Below are positions 56,101 through 64,000 of a stretch of DNA of 64,000 bases, one piece after another. This stretch comes from Auanema rhodensis (taxonomy: Eukaryota; Animalia; Nematoda). The position numbers and the translations under genes were made by a program. Position 1 is the first letter of the stretch. Every line of letters starts with the position of its first letter. Under the pieces are notes generated by a model that was not told the origin of the DNA, ran no database searches, and worked only from the letters and a program-made list of their open reading frames with translations. The stretch lies in assembly GCA_964057225.1 (NCBI GenBank), contig CAXKVF010000073.1, positions 744,001-808,000 of the forward strand, read 5' to 3'.

Positions 56101-57723
56101 GCACATCACGTGTACATTTAATTAGCATAAATTAAAGTTCACGTAAATTACAAAGTCATGGTTACCATGAACCAATATCAATAAAAATTTGTTTTTAGAC
56201 TAATATGGACATGGGGAATCTAATTTTGAAAACCGCATCTCTTTATCTTTCACGTGAAGCGAGTTACATACCAAGTGCACATCACGTGTACATTTAATTA
56301 GCATAAATTAAAGTTCACGTAAATTTCAAAGTCATGGTTACCATGAAGCAATATCAATAAAAATTTGTTTTTAGACTAATATGGACATGGGGAATCTAAT
56401 TTTGAAAACCGCATCTCTTTATCTTTCACGTGAAGCGAGTTACATACCAAGTGCACATCACGTGTACATTTAATTAGCATAAATTAAAGTTCACGTAAAA
56501 TTCAAAGTCATGGTTACCATGAACCAATATCAATAAAAATTTGTTTTTAGACTAATATGGACATGGGCAATCTAATTTTGAAAACCGCATCTCTTTATCT
56601 TTCACGTGAAGCGAGTTACATACCAAGTGTACATCAAGTGTACATTTAATTAGCATAAATTAAAGTTCACGTAAATTTCAAAGTCATGGTTACCATGCAC
56701 CAATATCAATAAAAATTTGTTTTTAGACTAATATGGACATGGGGAATCTAATTTTGAAAACCGCATCTCTTTATCTTTCACGTGAAGCGAGTTACATACC
56801 AAGTGCACATCACGTGTACATTTAATTAGCATAAATTAAAGTTCACGTATATTTCAAAGTCATGGTTACCATGAACTAATATCAATAAAAATTTGTTTTT
56901 AGACTAATATGGACATGGGGAATCTAATTTTGAAAACCGCATCTCTTTATCTTTCACGTGAAGCGAGTTACATACCAAGTGCACATCACGTGTACATTTA
57001 ATTAGCATAAATTAAAGTTCACGTAAATTTCAAAGTCATGGTTACCATGAACCAATATCAATAAAAATTTGTTTTTAGACTAATATGGACATGGGGAATC
57101 TAATTTTGAAAACCGCATCTCTTTATCTTTCACGTGAAGCGAGTTACATACCAAGTGCACATCACGTGTACATTTAATTGGCATAAATTAAAGTTCACGT
57201 AAATTTCAAAGTCATGGTTTCCATGCACCAATATCAATAAAAATTTGTTTTTAGACTAATATGGACATGGGGAATCTAATTTTGAAAACCGCATCTCTTT
57301 ATCTTTCACGTGAAGCGAGTTACATACCAAGTGCACATCACGTGTACATTTAATTAGCATAAATTAAAGTTCACGTAAAATTCAAAGTCATGGTTACCAT
57401 GAACCAATATCAATAAAAATTTGTTTTTAGACTAATATAGACATGGGGAATCTAATTTTGAAAACCGCATCTCTTTATCTTTCACGTGAAGCGAGTTACA
57501 TACCAAGTGCACATCACGTGTACATTTAATTAGCATAAATTAAAGTTCACGTAAATTTCAAAGTCATGGTTACCATGAACCAATATCAATAAAAATTTGT
57601 TTTTAGACTAATATGGACATGGGGAATCTAATTTTGAAAACCGCATCTCTTTATCTTTCACGTGAAGCGAGTTACATACCAAGTGCACATCACGTGTACA
57701 TTTAATTAGCATAAATTAAAGTT
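50156..57723. repeat. Overlapping higher-order duplications with offsets of 33, 14 and 5 monomers
   Basis: A161G 51372/57180 (5808 = 33x176). The series G96C, G77C, T9A+A168T, -, A168T, -, A91G, T11A, AAGC starts at 52444 and 54908 (14 monomers). The series T11A, AAGC, T11A+G96C, G77C starts at 53676 and 54556 (5 monomers). Confidence 0.83.
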
Positions 57724-60700
57724 CACGTAAATTTCAAAGTCATGGTTACCATGAACCAATATCAATAAAAATTTGTTTTTAGACTAATATGGACATGGGG
57801 AATCTAATTTTGAAAACCGCATCTCTTTATCTTTCACGTGAAGCGAGTTACATACCAAGTGCACATCACGTGTACATTTAATTAGCATAAATTAAAGTTC
57901 ACGTAAATTTCAAAGTCATGGTTACCATGAACCAATATCAATAAAAATTTGTTTTTAGACTAATATGGACATGGGGAATCTAATTTTGAAAACCCCATCT
58001 CTTTATCTTTCACGTGAAGCGAGTTACATACCAAGTGCACATCACGTGTACATTTAATTAGCATAAATTAAAGTTCACGTAAATTTCAAAGTCATGGTTA
58101 CCATGCACCAATATCAATAAAAATTTGTTTTTAGACTAATATGGACATGGGCAATCTAATTTTGAAAACCGCATCTCTTTATCTTTCACGTGAAGCGAGT
58201 TACATACCAAGTGCACATCACGTGTACATTTAATTAGCATAAATTAAAGTTCACGTAAAATTCAAAGTCATGGTTACCATGAACCAATATCAATAAAAAT
58301 TTGTTTTTAGACTAATATGGACATGGGGAATCTAATTTTGAAAACCGCATCTCTTTATCTTTCACGTGAAGCGAGTTACATACCAAGTGCACATCACGTG
58401 TACATTTAATTAGCATAATTTAAAGTTCACGTAAATTTCAAAGTCATGGTTACCATGAACCAATATCAATAAAAATTTGTTTTTAGACTAATATGGACAT
58501 GGGGAATCTAATTTTGAAAACCGCATCTCTTTATCTTTCACGTGAAGCGAGTTACATACCAAGTGCACATCACGTGTACATTTAATTAGCATAAATTAAA
58601 GTTCACGTAAATTTCAAAGTCATGGTTACCATGAACCAATATCAATAAAAATTTGTTTTTAGACTAATATGGACATGGGGAATCTAATTTTGAAAACCGC
58701 ATCTCTTTATCTTTCACGTGAAGCGAGTTACATACCAAGTGCACATCACGTGTACATTTAATTAGCATAAATTAAAGTTCACGTAAATTTCAAAGTCATG
58801 GTTACCATGCACCAATATCAATAAAAATTTGTTTTTAGACTAATATGGACATGGGGAATCTAATTTTGGAAACCGCATCTCTTTATCTTTCACGTGAAGC
58901 GAGTTACATACCAAGTGCACATCACGTGTACATTTAATTAGCATAAATTAAAGTTCACGTAAAATTCAAAGTCATGGTTACCATGAACCAATATCAATAA
59001 AAATTTGTTTTTAGACTAATATGGACATGGGGAATCTAATTTTGAAAACCGCATCTCTTTATCTTTCACGTGAAGCGAGTTACATACCAAGTGCACATCA
59101 CGTGTACATTTAATTAGCATAAATTAAAGTTCACGTAAATTTCAAAGTCATGGTTACCATGAACCAATATCAATAAAAATTTGTTTTTAGACTAATATGG
59201 ACATGGGGAATCTAATTTCGAAAACCGCATCTCTTCATCTTTCACGTGAAGCGAGTTACATACCAAGTGCACATCACGTGTACATTTAATTAGCATAAAT
59301 TAAAGTTCACGTAAATTTCAAATTCATGGTTACCATGCACCAATATCAATAAAAATTTGTTTTTGGACTAATATGGACATGGGGAATCTAATTTTGAAAA
59401 CCGCATCTCTTTATCTTTCACGTGAAGCGAGTTACATACCAAGTGCACATCACGTGTACATTTAATTAGCATAAATTAAAGTTCACGTAAATTTCAAAGT
59501 CATGGTTACCATGAACCAATATCAATAAAAATTTGTTTTTAGACTAATATGGACATGGGGAATCTAATTTTGAAAACCGCATCTCTTTATCTTTCACGTG
59601 AAGCGAGTTACATACCAAGTGCACATCACGTGTACATTTAATTAGCATAAATTAAAGTTCACGTAAAATTCAAAGTCATGGTTACCATGAACCAATATCA
59701 ATAAAAATTTGTTTTTAGACTAATATAGACATGGGGAATCTAATTTTGAAAACCGCATCTCTTTATCTTTCACGTGAAGCGAGTTACATACCAAGTGCAC
59801 ATCACGTGTACATTTAATTAGCATAAATTAAAGTTCACGTAAATTTCAAAGTCATGGTTACCATGAACCAATATCAATAAAAATTTGTTTTTAGACTAAT
59901 ATGGACATGGGGAATCTAATTTTGAAAACCGCATCTCTTTATCTTTCACGTGAAGCGAGTTACATACCAAGTGCACATCACGTGTACATTTAATTAGCAT
60001 AAATTAAAGTTCACGTAAAATTCAAAGTCATGGTTACCATGAACCAATATCAATAAAAATTTGTTTTTAGACTAATATGGACATGGGGAATCTAATTTTG
60101 AAAACCGCATTTCTTTATCTTTCACGTGAAGCGAGTTACATACCAAGTGCACATCACGTGTACATTTAATTAGCATAAATTAAAGTTCACGTAAAATTCA
60201 AAGTCATGGTTACCATGAACCAATATCAATAAAAATTTGTTTTTAGACTAATATGGACATGGGGAATCTAATTTTGAAAACCGCATCTCTTTATCTTTCA
60301 CGTGAAGCGAGTTACATACCAAGTGCACATCACGTGTACATTTAATTAGCATAAATTAAAGTTCACGTAAATTTCAAAGTCATGGTTACCATGAACCAAT
60401 ATCAATAAAAATTTGTTTTTAGACTAATATGGACATGGGGAATCTAATTTTGAAAACCGCATTTCTTTATCTTTCACGTGAAGCGAGTTACATACCAAGT
60501 GCACATCACGTGTACATTTAATTAGCATAAATTAAAGTTCACGTAAAATTCAAAGTCATGGTTACCATGAACCAATATCAATAAAAATTTGTTTTTAGAC
60601 TAATATGGACATGGGGAATCTAATTTTGAAAACCGCATTTCTTTATCTTTCACGTGAAGCGAGTTACATACCAAGTGCACATCACGTGTACATTTAATTA

Positions 60701-63700
60701 GCATAAATTAAAGTTCACGTAAATTTCAAAGTCATGGTTACCATGAACCAATATCAATAAAAATTTGTTTTTAGACTAATATGGACATGGGGAATCTAAT
60801 TTTGAAAACCGCATTTCTTTATCGTTCACGTGAAGCGAGTTACATACCAAGTGCACATCACGTGTACATTTAATTAGCATAAATTAAAGTTCACGTAAAA
60901 TTCAAAGTCATGGTTACCATGAACCAATATCAATAAAAATTTGTTTTTAGACTAATATGGACATGGGCAATCTAATTTTGAAAACCGCATCTCTTTATCT
61001 TTCACGTGAAGCGAGTTACATACCAAGTGTACATCAAGTGTACATTTAATTAGCATAAATTAAAGTTCACGTAAATTTCAAAGTCATGGTTACCATGCAC
61101 CAATATCAATAAAAATTTGTTTTTAGACTAATATGGACATGGGGAATCTAATTTTGAAAACCGCATCTCTTTATCTTTCACGTGAAGCGAGTTACATACC
61201 AAGTGCACATCACGTGTACATTTAATTAGCATAAATTAAAGTTCACGTATATTTCAAAGTCATGGTTACCATGAACCAATATCAATAAAAATTTGTTTTT
61301 AGACTAATATGGACATGGGGAATCTAATTTTGAAAACCGCATCTCTTTATCTTTCACGTGAAGCGAGTTACATACCAAGTGCACATCACGTGTACATTTA
61401 ATTAGCATAAATTAAAGTTCACGTAAATTTCAAAGTCATGGTTACCATGAACCAATATCAATAAAAATTTGTTTTTAGACTAATATGGACATGGGGAATC
61501 TAATTTTGAAAACCGCATCTCTTTATCTTTCACGTGAAGCGAGTTACATACCAAGTGCACATCACGTGTACATTTAATTAGCATAAATTAAAGTTCACGT
61601 AAATTTCAAAGTCATGGTTACCATGAACCAATATCAATAAAAATTTGTTTTTAGACTAATATGGACATGGGGAATCTAATTTTGAAAACCGCATCTCTTT
61701 ATCTTTCACGTGAAGCGAGTTACATACCAAGTGCACATCACGTGTACATTTAATTAGCATAAATTAAAGTTCACGTAAATTTCAAAGTCATGGTTACCAT
61801 GAACCAATATCAATAAAAATTTGTTTTTAGACTAATATGGACATGGGGAATCTAATTTTGAAAACCGCATCTCTTTATCTTTCACGTGAAGCGAGTTACA
61901 TACCAAGTGCACATCACGTGTACATTTAATTGGCATAAATTAAAGTTCACGTAAATTTCAAAGTCATGGTTACCATGCACCAATATCAATAAAAATTTGT
62001 TTTTAGACTAATATGGACATGGGGAATCTAATTTTGAAAACCGCATCTCTTTATCTTTCACGTGAAGCGAGTTACATACCAAGTGCACATCACGTGTACA
62101 TTTAATTAGCATAAATTAAAGTTCACGTAAAATTCAAAGTCATGGTTACCATGAACCAATATCAATAAAAATTTGTTTTTAGACTAATATAGACATGGGG
62201 AATCTAATTTTGAAAACCGCATCTCTTTATCTTTCACGTGAAGCGAGTTACATACCAAGTGCACATCACGTGTACATTTAATTAGCATAAATTAAAGTTC
62301 ACGTAAATTTCAAAGTCATGGTTACCATGAACCAATATCAATAAAAATTTGTTTTTAGACTAATATGGACATGGGGAATCTAATTTTGAAAACCGCATCT
62401 CTTTATCTTTCACGTGAAGCGAGTTACATACCAAGTGCACATCACGTGTACATTTAATTAGCATAAATTAAAGTTCACGTAAATTTCAAAGTCATGGTTA
62501 CCATGCACCAATATCAATAAAAATTTGTTTTTAGACTAATATGGACATGGGGAATCTAATTTTGAAAACCGCATCTCTTTATCTTTCACGTGAAGCGAGT
62601 TACATACCAAGTGCACATCACGTGTACATTTAATTAGCATAAATTAAAGTTCACGTAAAATTCAAAGTCATGGTTACCATGAACCAATATCAATAAAAAT
62701 TTGTTTTTAGACTAATATGGACATGGGGAATCTAATTTTGAAAACCGCATCTCTTTATCTTTCACGTGAAGCGAGTTACATACCAAGTGCACATCACGTG
62801 TACATTTAATTAGCATAAATTAAAGTTCACGTAAAATTCAAAGTCATGGTTACCATGCACCAATATCAATAAAAATTTGTTTTTAGACTAATATGGACAT
62901 GGGGAATCTAATTTTGAAAACCGCATCTCTTTATCTTTCACGTGAAGCGAGTTACATACCAAGTGCACATCACGTGTACATTTAATTAGCATAAATTAAA
63001 GTTCACGTAAATTTCAAAGTCATGGTTACCATGCACCAATATCAATAAAAATTTGTTTTTAGACTAATATGGACATGGGGAATCTAATTTTGAAAACCGC
63101 ATCTCTTTATCTTTCACGTGAAGCGAGTTACATACCAAGTGCACATCACGTGTACATTTAATTAGCATAAATTAAAGTTCACGTAAAATTCAAAGTCATG
63201 GTTACCATGAACCAATATCAATAAAAATTTGTTTTTAGACTAATATGGACATGGGGAATCTAATTTTGAAAACCGCATTTCTTTATCTTTCACGTGAAGC
63301 GAGTTACATACCAAGTGCACATCACGTGTACATTTAATTAGCATAAATTAAAGTTCACGTAAAATTCAAAGTCATGGTTACCATGCACCAATATCAATAA
63401 AAATTTGTTTTTAGACTAATATGGACATGGGGAATCTAATTTTGAAAACCGCATCTCTTTATCTTTCACGTGAAGCGAGTTACATACCAAGTGCACATCA
63501 CGTGTACATTTAATTAGCATAAATTAAAGTTCACGTAAATTTCAAAGTCATGGTTACCATGCACCAATATCAATAAAAATTTGTTTTTAGACTAATATGG
63601 ACATGGGGAATCTAATTTTGAAAACCGCATCTCTTTATCTTTCACGTGAAGCGAGTTACATACCAAGTGCACATCACGTGTACATTTAATTAGCATAAAT

Positions 63701-64000
63701 TAAAGTTCACGTAAATTTCAAAGTCATGGTTACCATGAACCAATATCAATAAAAATTTGTTTTTAGACTAATATGGACATGGGGAATCTAATTTTGAAAA
63801 CCGCATCTCTTTATCTTTCACGTGAAGCGAGTTACATACCATGTGCACATCACGTGTACATTTAATTAGCATAAATTAAAGTTCACGTAAATTTCAAAGT
63901 CATGGTTACCATGAAGCAATATCAATAAAAATTTGTTTTTAGACTAATATGGACATGGGGAATCTAATTTCAAAAACCGCATCTCTTTATCTTTCACGTG

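Larger units (their letters stand above)
1..64000. repeat. 176-bp tandem satellite DNA array (363 full monomers + 117-bp partial), ~32% GC, single orientation; candidate centromeric/pericentromeric satellite
   Basis: CACGTAAATTTC recurs at 1, 177, 353 ... 2641 (=1+15x176), 5105, then 5276 + 176k through 63884 (k=333). No non-satellite sequence seen. The centromeric interpretation is inference from the nucleosome-scale unit length and high homogeneity. Confidence 0.99.

Noticed and set aside
1-64000. CRISPR array or other repeat-spacer system (palindromic repeats at regular spacing)
   Set aside because: The sequence between palindromes is as invariant as the palindromes, so there are no unique spacers. 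No leader or cas genes are present.
1-64000. Embedded transposon, inversion, or telomeric repeat within the array
   Set aside because: The 176-bp register is arithmetically continuous apart from the -5 bp event at ~5195, leaving no room for insertions, and no strand switch was seen.

Overview
The whole 64-kb window is one uninterrupted head-to-tail tandem array of a 176-bp AT-rich monomer (~32% GC), i.e. classic eukaryotic-type satellite DNA. It holds 363 complete monomers plus a 117-bp partial at the right end, all in one orientation. Consensus (monomer position 1 = window position 1): CACGTAAATTTCAAAGTCATGGTTACCATG[AACC/AAGC/CACC/AACT]AATATCAATAAAAATTTGTTTTTAGACTAATATGGACATGGGGAATCTAATTTTGAAAACCGCATCTCTTTATCTTTCACGTGAAGCGAGTTACATACCAAGTGCACATCACGTGTACATTTAATTAGCATAAATTAAAGTT. 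Monomers start at 1+176n up to 5105. Monomer 30 is 171 bp because of the only indel I found, and from 5276 the 176-bp register holds exactly to 63884 (333 x 176). Monomers usually differ from consensus by 0-3 substitutions, at most about 5. Reading rare variants as markers reveals nested higher-order duplications with offsets of 2, 4, 5, 7, 14, 18, 19, 25-27, 27, 33 and 43 monomers, and a left/right turnover of variant families near 27-28 kb. I found no supportable genes, RNA genes, transposons or CRISPR arrays; the single 60-aa ORF is a stop-loss accident in one monomer. Monomer length, homogeneity, dense dyad symmetry and E-box/CDEI-like motifs are compatible with a centromeric or pericentromeric satellite, but function and organism cannot be established from sequence alone. 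All variant calls were made by eye.
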